Below are positions 51,601 through 64,000 of a DNA stretch of 64,000 nucleotides, in pieces (within the stretch, counting starts at the first letter, position 1; every line of letters starts with the position of its first letter). Under the pieces are notes generated by a model. It saw nothing but the letters and a program-made list of their open reading frames with translations. It was not told the origin of the DNA and ran no database searches. Position numbers and translations under genes: made by a program. The stretch lies in NCBI RefSeq assembly GCF_009914755.1, contig NC_060927.1. One strand, 5' to 3'. Origin of the DNA: the human T2T-CHM13v2.0 reference genome, Homo sapiens.

Positions 51601-54600
51601 CTATTAAATCATATTTGTTTTAAAAATACAGTCAGTTTCTCAAATACTACAAAAAATGTCTCCAAACCTAAAGTCTGATATTCTTATTGTGATTCCCTAT
51701 AGCTTTTTCATACATTCTGGCACTTGACAACACTAAATATTTTTGAAATTCATGATGTCTTTATTCCTCAATGGGTTTTTAAGCTATATAAAAGACCATA
51801 CTATCTCCCTGTAGACAACAATAAATGTTGGTTGAAATAAAATTATATTAAACCAAATAGTGCACTTGGCTCCCATTCAGCCAGCACATTTTTAGGCACA
51901 AATTTCATTTTTTTAAATTAGAAATCAAATGAACTGAAATGAACTAGAATCAAATATGAATGGCTCTAAGAAATCGTAAAATCTCTCTCTTTCTATTAGG
52001 CTAGGATATAGGTGATATACATTGGAGAAGCTGATAGAGCTTTTTTCTTATATTTAAAAAAACTGTGATACTTTCCTATTTACTCACTACTTTTAGAGGT
52101 CAAAAATTTTAGAAAATTTCAAAGGAAAAAAGGAGTCAAAATGGGTTTTTTTTAAATGAGGTAACATTTCAAGAAGAACATATTTTTATCTTGGACAAAA
52201 ATCTCCAAATAACAAACAACTACAAACACAATGTTTTACTGCTTTTTATTTATATTTGGATTTTCTACTTCCCAATGTGTCAGCTCTCCCAGAGGTACCC
52301 TAGATTGTGGCTTCTGTCAACAGTGCAAACTGTATCCAACTTTTAAGGCCAAACAGTGTTTTCTCTCATTAACGTTTATGGTCTTTGGTTTGACTAATTT
52401 CAAATAAACTTAGATCTCTAAAATTAGTGCCACAAGACAGGCACTTTACCCATTATCAGTAGGTGAAAAAATAAGCTGTCAACATCAATTTCAGTTTGAA
52501 AAAGAAGTTTAGTCTGTATTTAAATACAGATGTTGAGGCCTCCAACACAAAAATACTTTCTCTTAGCTAAGCCTTTATTTTTTCCTAAGAAGGACAACTG
52601 TGTTAGCAGCTTGTTTATAAAAAAAAAATCAATATAGAAACACATAGCAGCATGTGGCCTGAATCTGACAGCATGAGTGCTACATAAAAGGACAATTAAA
52701 AAATGTAATAGATGTTGCCACATCTCGCATAAGAATGAATTCATTTCCCAGGATCTTTTCAGTTACAGCAGGCTTAATGCTAACAACACAGGTATGGGGA
52801 GATTGTAGGTATCTTATTGTTGCAGGAAGCCTACCGGAGAAAGACCAAAGCATGATGTGTTTTGCGTTTTACAGAGTTAGGGAAGTGATTTAGTATGACA
52901 TTCCTGTCACTCACAAGGAGTAAGCAGAAAAATTTTAAAATGCTTTTATTTAATGATCACAGGCTTAAAAAAAAATAGAAGTATGAGTTTTATGTCTTTA
53001 CCCTGAGGTTGAACTTAGCCTGGTATGCTAATTGGAAATTATTGCATCATTAAGAACCCAAAATTTTAAAATCAAGATGAGGTCAGAATTGGTCACAAGG
53101 GTGCAGGCACATTCTTATTGATTATCTATGATGTATCCTGCTGTATACTTAGTTCTCTCTATAAGTTATGACTGCCTAGTGATTAATTTCCAACAAATTT
53201 CAAATGTCAACAAAGTCGAAAATATCAAAAGGAGGAGACCAGTAATCTTTGCTCTGTAACCAGAAGGGAGTATCCTAACGGATAGGAATTATGTCACTGA
53301 ATCTGTATCCATGCAAACAAGAGAGAAAGAGAGAGGGATGTTAAAGGAGAAATTCTAATAAATTACAAGAGAATATATATCTGTATGTGGAAATGCTGAG
53401 TTATTTCTAATGCAGGGTCATTTCTAAGGACAAATGTCCTTGAAGTGTCACTAATCACTTTCTTTCCATTTTGGGGATTTTAAGCTTGTTTAGACTATTT
53501 TTCAAGTACAAATGCAGTGCAAGACTTCCCCTATTACTTCTTTACTGGGTTTCTAGTTTACTTATAGACATCTGAGGAGAATTGTCCACACAGACAGAGA
53601 CACAGAAACACCCTTTTTACAAAGGTGTCTGTTACTCCTGCTGTTAAGTGAACAGGAGCAGAGGTAGGGAAGTCTTCCCATACATCCAATTGAGTAACCA
53701 CTGAGCAAGGCATGGTACAGGGATGACAGGTTCATGCTCAAATGAAGCTGAGTGGTCTGGGATGCTAAATTTCCCTGGGCCTCTAGGACTTTCAAATGAG
53801 GTTTCTCATAGTGATTCTTGTCTAGGTCAGAGCACCTAACTGACATGAAATCGGTTTCCAGCCTCCCAAATGTACTTTGTTTGCTCTTTTTTTCTCTGTT
53901 CCTTCCTACAATTTCTCTCACAAAATTTTGTTATTCCTTCATAGTTCACTCTTTCTTAAATGCACAATGAATACCCCAAGCCTCATTTTTCTTAAATGTT
54001 ACTTCTCTTTTTCATTTTCAGGATTAAACAAGAGAGCCCATAAAAACAAGAGCAGAGAGGAGATTAATCTTCAAATATCCCCAGAAGATAAAATAAAATA
54101 TTGATGTTTCACAGAATAAAAAATAAAACCAAATAGTTCTTTCCCTATTAAAATAGGTTGTCCTATTTTAATGTGTCATAATAATAGCGTGATAAATTCC
54201 AGGTTATTGGATTATTATCAGTATTATCTTTTATCATGAAAATAATGGTGAAACTACACAGTAGATATTATTAGATACAGCCCAGAGATCAGAAAACTAA
54301 GGCTCAATGAAATAACAGGTCCAAGTCTCAGAGCAAATTAAGCAACCAGCTTTACACAATCTGTAAGACTCTAAATTCTTTTTCACTGAACTTTAGCCAA
54401 ATTAGCATAAAGTACAAGAAAGGAATCGGAAGGAAACCAAGCTGTATAGCCTCAAAATGCACAGATTTTAATGATAGAAATAGAGGCAGTTCTAAAAGCA
54501 AGAGTAGAAATGGTCTTTTTGAAATAATAGTAGCAAAGTCTTGTATGGTTCTAAATACTGAGAAAATGTAATGCTGTGCAAAATGCCTCCATGAAACCAA

Positions 54601-54819
54601 GGAGAACAGTGAAGCCCAACTCAATTCAAGCCTTGTTAGAGCTGAAGAGATTCCAATAGCTTCTCACAGTGATTGGTAGTTCATAGAGGCACATGTTTAC
54701 ATATATGAATATCGTTTTATAAAGCTGCCATGATTTACTCGGATAGTTGCTTTCAATGTTAAGTCTTCTCAAACAGATATTATAGTTTTTCTCAAGTTCT
54801 CCCTCGCCTCCCCTTGGCC

Positions 54820-55111
54820 CATGGCATCTTATTCTGTTGGCCAGGCTGGAGTGCAGTGGCATGATCTCAGCTCACTGCAGCTTTGAAATCCTGGGGCTCA
54901 GGTGATCCTTCCACCTCAGCCTTCTGAGTAGCTGGGACTACGGCATGTGCCACTATGCCCAGCTAATTTTTTTTTTTTTTTGGTATATTTTGTAGAGACA
55001 GGATTCCATCAGGTTGCCCAGAATGGTCTCGAACTCCTGGGCTCAAGCGATCCATATCCGCTTTGGCCTTCCAAAGTGCTGGGATTATAGACATGAGCCA
55101 CCAGGCTAGAG
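54820..55111 (-). mobile_element. AluJ lacking a poly-A tail
   Basis: Antisense dimer; TSD-like CTCAAGTT at 54791-54798 and 55112-55119. Confidence 0.9.
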
Positions 55112-56224
55112 CTCAAGTTTTAACTTACTTAGAAATTGTAGCAGATGTTATAGCTCAAATATTATATAACCATAACAATGTCAATCAGTTTAGCCTTACA
55201 GAGGGTGAGTACCAAGATGATCATGATCAAGATACTGTTAACACTATGGTTCATAAGTAAAGATGATTATTCAAGTGGCGTTAGATTAATTTCTTCAGAA
55301 AAAAAAAGTCTATACCAGAATGATGATGTCTGAAGCAAGTTGTCCTTAAACATAGAGAGCCCCTGATTTTAGGGAGTCAATGGAATAAAAAATACTTAAA
55401 ATTTAAACTGAATACTCAAGTCCACTTTTTGCCTCATTGTTATTCCTTAAAAGAAACATTCTGTTGGACACCATTTCCTTGATTTAATTGGTCATTTTCA
55501 GAAGGAAGAGAATAATCTTTATCAAATAAGAATTAATATGATGCCAGATGAGATTATCTCTTCAGTGACCTCAAGAAGATCATTTCCTTAATTGGTCATT
55601 AAAATTAACATGTCCATTATTCCAAAAATACAAGAAAATTAATTGCTTGAAGCTAATAACTTTATATATTAAAGGAGCAAGTTGATGAATAATTTGAATA
55701 CCAACATGCTATTCTCACTGCCATTTATTATTTCATTGACAATGTTGGGTAAAAAGCCAAAATAACACTTCTGAGGCATTCACACATATTCTCAAATTTT
55801 GTCAGCAGATCTTTGTAAAAGCAGGAGATGGACAAAGATAGAATTATTATTTATTCACACAGCAAACTGTCATCTGAACATCTCCTTATGCTTCTGAAAT
55901 ATGTGAAAATGAAATGACTCAGAATATAGTAGCCACTTACCTATTACCCCTATATTTAACTAAATTAGTTTTATTTATTTTTTTTAACTCAGATGACTCT
56001 CATGCCACTCATACACTGAAATATATGTCCTCCAGCAAAACACAATTTGGTAGCATTCTAGAATTGTGGGGTTCTATTGATCTAGTGACCAGGAAAAGTA
56101 CCAGTCACTATTATTAATACTGCATACAGAATGATGCTAAATAAAAAAGAATGCAATAATTACACTGAATAAAGTCTAATTGGGGCATGTACATACATAT
56201 CACATGCATATACACACACACCTA

Positions 56225-56403
56225 TAGAAAGACAATACTTATTCTTGGATTTAGAGCCCACGATCACGATCCAGGAGGATCCCATCAACATCCTTAATTT
56301 AATTACATTTGAATAGATGCTTTTTTCCTAATAAGGTAACTTTCACTAGTTCCAGGGCTTTGATGTAGATATCCTTTAGGGGACAATATTTCTGCCTATC
56401 ACT
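56225..56403 (-). mobile_element. 5' part of an MLT1C/D LTR; inverted duplicate of 57223-57400
   Basis: Its reverse complement aligns to the LTR at 57223, including a 48 bp identical block and the shared flanking DNA. Confidence 0.88.
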
Positions 56404-56639
56404 CCAACATAATCATTATTGATCTCAAGTGTTTTCCCTCATTTATATGAAGAAATATAGTAATGCACATTTTTTCCAGCACCAAAGGCTGATTTTACTT
56501 CCAATATTGTTGCTTATTATAATTCAGAGCTGAGACCTATACACTAGGATGAAATATTACAATAACCAAAGCCAAGAGTAGATCTCAAAATTATTGGTCT
56601 TAATTAATAGCATATTGCTTCTAAGAGTGATTAAACTTG

Positions 56640-56715
56640 GTGTGTGTGTACACACATGTGTATACATACACACATATATATAAATGTATATATACATGTG
56701 CACACACACATATAT
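56640..56715. repeat. Mixed TG/TA/CA low-complexity repeat
   Basis: Alternating purine-pyrimidine tract, read directly. Confidence 0.85.
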
Positions 56716-57222
56716 AAAAATTGAAACAGCATCAGGAGATGTGTTATTTGTTAGCAACATATGAATCTATAATATCCACACAATACATATGCCCCTTTAT
56801 TTGAGGACATATTTGAGACTCCCAAGTACATCTGACTTTCTTCACTTATTGGAGACAGCTCTGGCATGTGTGTACATTTTGTCTTTGTTTCTCCTTAACT
56901 GGGCATTACATATCACTAAGGATTCAGATATACCAAGTCAAAAATTATTTCTGATTTCAGAGCAGTAGTTGAATTTTGTTATATAATTTCTAATTTATTT
57001 AAAACAATGTACACTTACATATTTAGCAGGCTTCACTGATAGCCTATTCCCCAGGCACTGATCCTGGTTTTGAGTCTCTACTTCGGAGGTGTAGAGCGAC
57101 CTCTCCATGAAAATATTGGAAGTTTAGTATGCTCTATTTTTCAGGTGAAAACAGTTTGAATTTACTATTTTTATTCATATGAGTGGAGGGAAAACTCTTA
57201 TGGTTAATAATAATTATGTTAG

Positions 57223-57665
57223 AGTGGTAGGCAGAAATATGGTCTCCTAAAAATTTTCTGTATCAAAACCCTGGAATTAGTGAAAGTTACTTTATTAGGA
57301 AAAAAGCATCTATTCAAATGTAATTAAATTAAGGATGTTAATAAGGTCATCCTGGATTACCATGGTGGGCCCTAAATCCAAGAATAAGTGTCTTTATAAA
57401 AAGACATCCAGGAAAGATTTGACTGGCAGAAGAGGCAAAGGCAATCAGGTCATGGAAGCAGAGACTGGAGTGATGAAGCTATCAGTGACCAGAAGCTGGA
57501 GGAGTCAAAAGTTGGAATCCCCACTAGAGCCTCTTGGGGAATCAGGGCCCTGCTGACACACTGACTTCAAACCACTGGCTTCAGAACAGGCAGAGATTAA
57601 ATTTCTGTTGTTTTAAGTCACCCATTTGTAGACATTTGTTACATCAGCCTCAGGAAACTAATACA
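57223..57665 (+). mobile_element. MLT1C/D-like solo LTR
   Basis: GTGGTAGGCAGAAAT...CATCCTGGATTAC...GTGGGCCCTAAATCCAA...GCAGAGACTGGAGTGATG...TTTCTGTTGTTTTAAG...GGAAACTAATACA. Confidence 0.88.
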
Positions 57666-57852
57666 GGTGGTAAACCATTTTACAACTGATACACTGAATG
57701 ACGATTAATAAAAGTACTAAGAGTTGTAGGGACAAGAGAACAAGGAAGAATGTAAAATTAAATGCATGATAAGTGAGAAAAAAAGCACAATCAATTTCTA
57801 TGCTGTGCTGTGAAGTAAAGAAAAGAAATTTATGCAAGATGACTCAGGAGGG

Positions 57853-57930
<78 letters not shown>
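57853..57930. repeat. Compound (GT)n(GA)n microsatellite
   Basis: Read directly. Confidence 0.97.
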
Positions 57931-57934
<4 letters not shown>

Positions 57935-58481
57935 TTGTATAAAAACACTCTACTTAGGAAAACCACCAAAGCAGTGAGGCAAGTTGCATGGTGGAGGGAG
58001 GTGGGTAGCACGTGGTTTAAGGGATAATGTCATTATAATTCAGTCAGAAACGGATTAGGGTGAAACAATTGAGTGTACCAAAAGCATTAGATCCAAAAAT
58101 GAACTTCTCTCTGGGGTACAGATACTGGTGTTAGAAAATTGTGAGTTACCATATTAATCTATTCATGAATTTTAACTTGTATTACTTTTCTAAAATACCC
58201 GTAGACCACAGACAAATATTTCAATGATATCAGAAGTTTTCATAACCCAAATAAAATTTTACTTTCTCTTCACCAATTAACACTTTCAGTGGAGGCCAAT
58301 ATATAACAGAGATGGGCTACATCATTCTTCATTATCCTTTAATGTACTCCTTTCCAATCAATTATAAGGTGGGACTATACCCTAGTTGTACATAGTTAGA
58401 AGTAGGGGGCATGATTTAGTTTAGCCTGTACCATCAGCTTTCAGATTTCAAGACCGAGTAACAGACTAGAAAATCAGGGCT

Positions 58482-58918
58482 TTGTCCAGTCTATCACTGA
58501 TGGTCATTTAGGTTGAGTCTGTGTCTTTGCTATCGTAAACAGTACTGAGATGAACGTACATGTGCATTTTAAAAATGAATGAGATCATATCCTTTACAGG
58601 ATCATGGATGGAGCTGGAGGCCATTATCCTCAGCAAACTATCACAGGAACAGAAACCCAAATACCACATGTTCTCAGTTATAAGTGGGAGCTAAATGATG
58701 AGAACATATGGACACATAGAGGGGAACAACACACACTGGAGACTATCAGAGGGTGGAGGGTGGGAGCAGGGAGAGGATCAGGAAAAATAACTAATGGATA
58801 CTATGGTGATGAAATAATGCATACAACAGACCCCCATGACACAAGTTCACCTATGTAACAAACCGCACATGTACCTCTGAAGTTCAAAGTTAAACAAAAC
58901 ACAACAAAACAACAACAA
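58482..58918 (+). mobile_element. Truncated L1PA13-16-like element with 5' inversion
   Basis: Antisense ORF2-end piece (58482-~58567), then sense 3' end (~58571-58895) and a CAA-rich tail. Perfect 14 bp TSD AGAAAATCAGGGCT at 58468-58481 and 58919-58932. Confidence 0.92.
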
Positions 58919-60565
58919 AGAAAATCAGGGCTATGGACTGTGGCATAAATCCAACAACTACCTTTTCTAAGCATTATTGTCTCATTTGTCAAATAATAAT
59001 AGAGGAGGATCAACATTAAAAACAAACAAATTGAAAAAATATCATAGATGATTCTGAATTATCAATCTCAACACATAGAAATATGCTTAAAATGCCTCAA
59101 AATATATTTCCACTGTGAAGTGAGTAGTGTCTAGGGGCCCCAAATTCAAATGAAATAAGGATTCCAACATAGGCACTCTCTTTTCAGATAACCAGTTCAT
59201 ACAGGGACAATGCCAGCTATTGTCTCTCCTACTAGCCAGGATATAAGAGCAACTTTTGTGTCTGCACTGGTTGAAGGAAGAGGAAACTTACAGCAAATGC
59301 TAAAAGGTTATATGATTAAAGATTGTTTTATGCAAGGTTATGGAGGGAGGGTTTGTTCTCATGGCACAGAAACTGGTTGACATAAAAAATTGATGATAAT
59401 GCCTTATTGAATCCCTGCAGATGAATTCAACCCCATGTGACAGCATATATATATATTGGAAACCAATTTATGCATGTTAATATTTTGTACCCATGCCATG
59501 AAAAAAGTAAATAGTCACATCACAGATATAGGATTGGTATTAGTATTTAATTAGGCTGTAGATATTAACACATATAAAAAAATGAAAGCCAACTTTGGAA
59601 ACAAAAATATACCCCAAAATTTTCTCCTCATCTTTATTGAATAGCTTAAGTGTATTTCAATATACTAAATAAAGAGATAGATTACAATATTTTTAGCTAT
59701 TTAGGTGTCCAAATATTTTCAATCAGATGAATTATAAGAGACCTAGAATTTAAAGACATTTCTTTACATTTGATTAGAAAAAGAAATGTTCATTTATAAT
59801 GAATACCTTCTAGATAAAAAGCTTTCATAACATACAGCAAATTAAAAACCCAAAATGTGCAAGCTGTTTTAGAAATCATCACTAATAAAACCTGTAAAAA
59901 ATATATATTAAATCTTCTCTGGTGGCCTGATAAACAGAGAGATTTATGCTTTACTTGGAGCATGACACATGTTTTAAGGTACATTTGTACAGTGTGATAA
60001 TTTATTGTGGTAATATATTATAATACTGTTCAGCAAATTTAAACATTCCACAGTAAAAAAAAAAAAATTGCATGTGAGTGGACAGGGTATGGAGAAACAG
60101 AAATGAAATACAGTTCCAGATCTCTGCTGAAAAAATGGAATGGTTTATAAAACTTTTTACATAAATGTAAAATATCATTCAGGAATCTTAAAACATGTAC
60201 TGAGGTATTTTAATATTTCAGATGCTTTGCTTCAAAAGCAACTTCTTATTTGTTAAAATATTAAAAATCACCAAAATTGTACCTAAAGGAGTACACTTAG
60301 CCTAAAGAATAATTTTAGGACATTTCTATGAACATTTCAGATGCATATATTAGTTTGCTAACTCGGTAAGAATAAAGAATTCTCTGAAATTTTTCATCTG
60401 CTTTCAGCAAAATAAGATCTCAATTACTTTAAAATGTATAGTGATACCTAAGTACCTATACTCTACCTCTAATCACATCCCCTTAAATCTCATGAGCAAA
60501 ATTGGGATTTATCGCTTACCAATATACCAACATATCTGCATATTCCATAAGAATACAGATTGTAC

Positions 60566-60900
60566 AAAAAGAAGAAAGAAGGAAGGAAGGGATGGAGGGA
60601 GGGAGGAAGGAAGGAAGGAGAAAGAAATACAGAAGGAAAGATAAAAGAAAAGAAGGAGAGAAAGGGAAAGAGAGGAAGAAAGAAGGAAAGAAAGAAGAAA
60701 GAAAAGAAAGAAAGAAAGAAAGAAAGAAAGAAGAAAGAAAAGAAAGAAAGAAAGAAGAAAGAAAAAGAAAGAAAGAAAAAGAAAAGAGAAAGGAAGGAAG
60801 GGAAGAAGGAAGGAGAGGAAAGAAAAAGAGAAAGAGAAAGGGAGAGAGAGGGAGAGAGGAAGGGAAAGAGAAAGAAAGAAAGAAAGAGAGGAGTAAAGAA
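60566..60900. repeat. Polypurine (GAAA/GGAA/GA)n tract
   Basis: About 335 bp, nearly all A/G; uninterrupted purines from 60643 to 60893. Confidence 0.97.
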
Positions 60901-61597
60901 CATGAAGTATACTTGAAAGAAATTTCCTAAGAATTGATAAGTATATCTGACAGTGCAAATTTTTGAAAAGGGAGTGTCCTGAGTCAAAGATGATTGTTGT
61001 TTTAGGTTCAGGGTACAGATGCATTTGATTCCATTTAGATTCAACATTTCCGCCAAACCCTTCCCCAATCCAGAGTCCCTAAACACTTGGAGAAAAGGGG
61101 ACATTGGAGTTCACCAGGAGAAGATAATGAGCATTGCAATCAAGAATAACAGCGTCTAGAGGCGATTGAGGTAACTGATGAGTCAGAGCCACCATCTGTG
61201 TTGCCTCAGTGGGGCCCAAAACAGCAGCAATAGCTATAGGAATTAATACAGCAACTACATGCTGGAGGTACAGATGCTGATGGGCTTAAAAGAAACAGTG
61301 CCACAGAGGGGTGTGGAGCTGTAGACAGTTGCTAAAACATGAGAAGCAAGGCTGGTATACGTCCATTTGACATGTAGGACTTTTAGATGGAGAAACTAAT
61401 GTGATTTTTCCTGTAACACAGAACATGTTGAGGTCAAAAGGCATTTATGTTGTGTACGCTCTAAATTTAAGTCACATATCTCATTGGTTATTATTCCTTT
61501 ATCTGCAGATAATCTACCTTATTTCTTGAAATTATGTTGAAACCAATTCAATGAATACCAAAATGAGAATAATCTGAATTTATAGAGCAAGTAGGCA

Positions 61598-61695
61598 ATT
61601 CATTAATCCACTCATAAAATACATACTTTAACAATTGTATGCAAGGAATAATTCTTGGTGCTATGAGAAATTCGAAGATAGCAAATAAACACATT
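61598..61695 (-). mobile_element. L2 3'-end fragment
   Basis: ATTCATTAATCCACTCA...TATGCAAGGAA...TCTTGGTGCTATGAGA. Confidence 0.45.
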
Positions 61696-62288
61696 GATTA
61701 AACATCTGTAATGAGTTATTTCTTTGCTAGCTTGCTAGGTGCTTCAAGAAGATCCTTAGTTTTTTCTTTTTCTTTCTTTTTATGTGGTGATGGTAGGACT
61801 ATATGAGTAAGTGAAGAAATGGACAGATAGAGATGGAGTGAGGTAAAGCAAAGAAAGCACTTAAGCTTGGGGTGCAGGTTCCTATTTCATTGCTCTTACA
61901 GCACACTAAGCTATCTCAGACTACATGCCATATACATATCTATGCATATCAAAAATATATCATAAAGCTGTTTTATAAAGACAATCATATTCTAACCTAT
62001 AAAAATAGGAATAAATACACAGTAACTGATTTTCTTGAATCATTTTTCTAATCTCCAGTTAAAAACTAAATATATTAGTAGTAACAAAATATGTCACAAC
62101 TGTAAGGTGGGTGGGAATAGACATATATAAACTCTGTATACTTAGATCACAGACAAAGGAGTTGAAAGAAGGAATTGGGATTTGTCAGACTCAGTCATGA
62201 AAGTGGAACCTCAATTCATTTAAACAATCCAATTACCCACTTTTACTATCCTCTTCATATGTACATATATATACATACATATGTATAG

Positions 62289-62320
62289 TGAAAACTGCAA
62301 TTACTTTTGCACCAAACTTA
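62289..62320. mobile_element. Half MADE1 (single Hsmar1 terminal inverted repeat)
   Basis: AAAACTGCAATTACTTTTGCACCAAACTTA followed by (TA)n. Confidence 0.8.
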
Positions 62321-62404
62321 TATATATATGTGTGTGTGTATGAAGACACACACACATATATAAACTAATGCATTAAAAGTACTCATGATGAAAAATCTTT
62401 TAAC

Positions 62405-62943
62405 CATATTTTAGTTTTCTGTTGCTAGGTAGCAAATCATCAGAAATTTAGCAGATTAAAACAACACACTTTTGTTACCTCACTGCTCTGTAGGTCATTT
62501 TAAATGGATTCAGCTGAATTCTCTGCTCTAGGCTAAAATCAAAATGTCAGCCATGCAGGGCTCTTATGTAGATGCTCTGGAAAAAATCTGCTTCCAAGTT
62601 CGCCCAAGTCTTTGACAGAATCAAGTTCCTTGAAATGAGAGGATTGAGATCTCTGTTTCCTTCCTTGATTTGGGGAGCTACACTTCTTAGGGAAGCTCTC
62701 ATTTTTTCCTCACTTGACTCTTTACCTAACGAGGTTGTGTTTGATCCTTCTCGTGCTTCCTATTTCTCTGACATTTCCTTTGCCACCACCCCAAAGAAAT
62801 CACTATTTTTAAGGGCTTGTGTGATTACACTGGGCCTACACAGATAATCTAGCATAATCCCTCCATTTTAATGTCGACTATGTCATAGAACAATTAGACC
62901 TGCACATTTTTAGCAAGTCATTTAAGAAATTCTGCTTACAACA
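62405..62943 (-). mobile_element. MLT1E-like solo LTR
   Basis: TTAGTTTTCTGTTGCT...TTAAAACAACAC...GGCTAAAATCAAAATGTCAGCC...AATCTGCTTCCAAG...TTTTAAGGGCTTGTGTGATTACACTGGGCC...AATTCTGCTTACAACA. Confidence 0.82.
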
Positions 62944-64000
62944 GGTATAAAATTGCATTGCAAGAAGTGCAAAACACAGTGACCACACAATACTGATATA
63001 TTCTTTTATCTTATACTTCCCTACTTTAAAAAAAGAACTTCAATCAGTAGTAGAGTACAGAGGCTATCCATTTAGCTGTAGCTTTATCCAGAAATGAAGA
63101 ATGAGGTCATAATCACGATTGTCTGGCACTGGAACATCTTATGGCTGCCTCTCTGGGATCATTACTGAGATCAATGACTCCTTCCCTCATGTCTTCCACA
63201 TTCAGGTTCATAATCCTTCTAAACTACCAGGATTTCTAATATGTTGCTTTGGTACATGGATTTAAACTTCCATATTTAATGGGCTTAAGAGATAAATATA
63301 GAGATATTTTGTGATCATAAAGGGTTCTTTTTACCCTGTAATTACTATTCTTTACTGAAACTTAGAGACAGACAGAAGCCTTTTGAAAGTGAGCTCATTA
63401 AACCTCAGCCCAATCCCTTTGCCCATGTTTTAAAATGTGGTCTTCATATCCCTAGCAAAAAACTTTTAAAAGAGGAAGAAATAGGACTTTATGATCTCAT
63501 GTTTTTAATAGAAAGTCATGCTGAGTGGACTTTTTAAAAGCATGTTTCTCAGAGATTCTTCAAGTGTTTATATCTACCACTTAGAAAAATGTCTTAGAGA
63601 AGAAAGAATCATAAAACATAAAAGTTCTCTTCTCTTCTACTTTATGTCACTAACTTAACATTATGCTCAAGGAACACCACAAAACTTCTAGTATTCAACA
63701 TTTCAGATTTTTTAATTAAAACACAGTGTATTTATCACACAGCACACAGAGACACAAAGTTGTCAAACATATATATGCAAATTTGTTTATATTTACATGT
63801 ATATTTATATATTTATGTGTATATATTCTAATAATCATCACATACACTAATTCACATTTATACATTTGCATAATTATCTGAAGAAGCATCCACTCAAGTG
63901 TTTAGACAACCAATTATATGTTCCCAAAAGATATTTAATTTTTCAGACTGTCTCTGTGTATTTTAAAAATTCACTGTTTGTAAATACATGACAGTAGATA

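Noticed and set aside
53600-53665. Two adjacent short hairpins suggesting a structured ncRNA
   Set aside because: Stems are only 6-8 bp and imperfect, with no tRNA, snoRNA or Y-RNA motifs recognised.
60441-61104. Longest ORFs (204, 171, 142, 118 aa)
   Set aside because: They are stop-free only because they cross the GAAA/GGAA tract, giving K/E/R- or F/S/L-only low-complexity peptides.

Overview
This is AT-rich, CpG-poor, repeat-dense primate genomic DNA, intergenic or deep-intronic. AluJ/AluS, MADE1 and an HERV9/LTR12-type LTR suggest a catarrhine, possibly human. I find no supportable protein-coding gene, RNA gene, CRISPR array or prokaryotic system. The listed ORFs are best explained as spurious readings of Alu, L1, MaLR or microsatellite sequence, or as chance frames in AT-rich DNA. 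The window is a mosaic of old L1M/L2/MIR remnants, many MaLR LTRs (two with both LTRs and internal sequence), ERV1/ERVL solo LTRs, DNA-transposon MITEs and eight Alu elements. Repeat subfamily names are from recalled consensus sequences and need RepeatMasker/Dfam confirmation; boundaries are approximate unless a target-site duplication (TSD) is given. The main structure not explained by repeat annotation is a recurring set of locally templated inverted (fold-back) duplications. These are a ~1.2 kb degenerate palindrome (56225-57400), a ~167 bp inverted templated insertion with a 7 bp flanking direct repeat (43319-43485), a ~140 bp palindrome (32770-32914) and several smaller scars. There are also two 5'-inverted (twin-primed) L1 insertions with TSDs and a four-layer nested transposon stack. 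I cannot support a claim of a new biological system.
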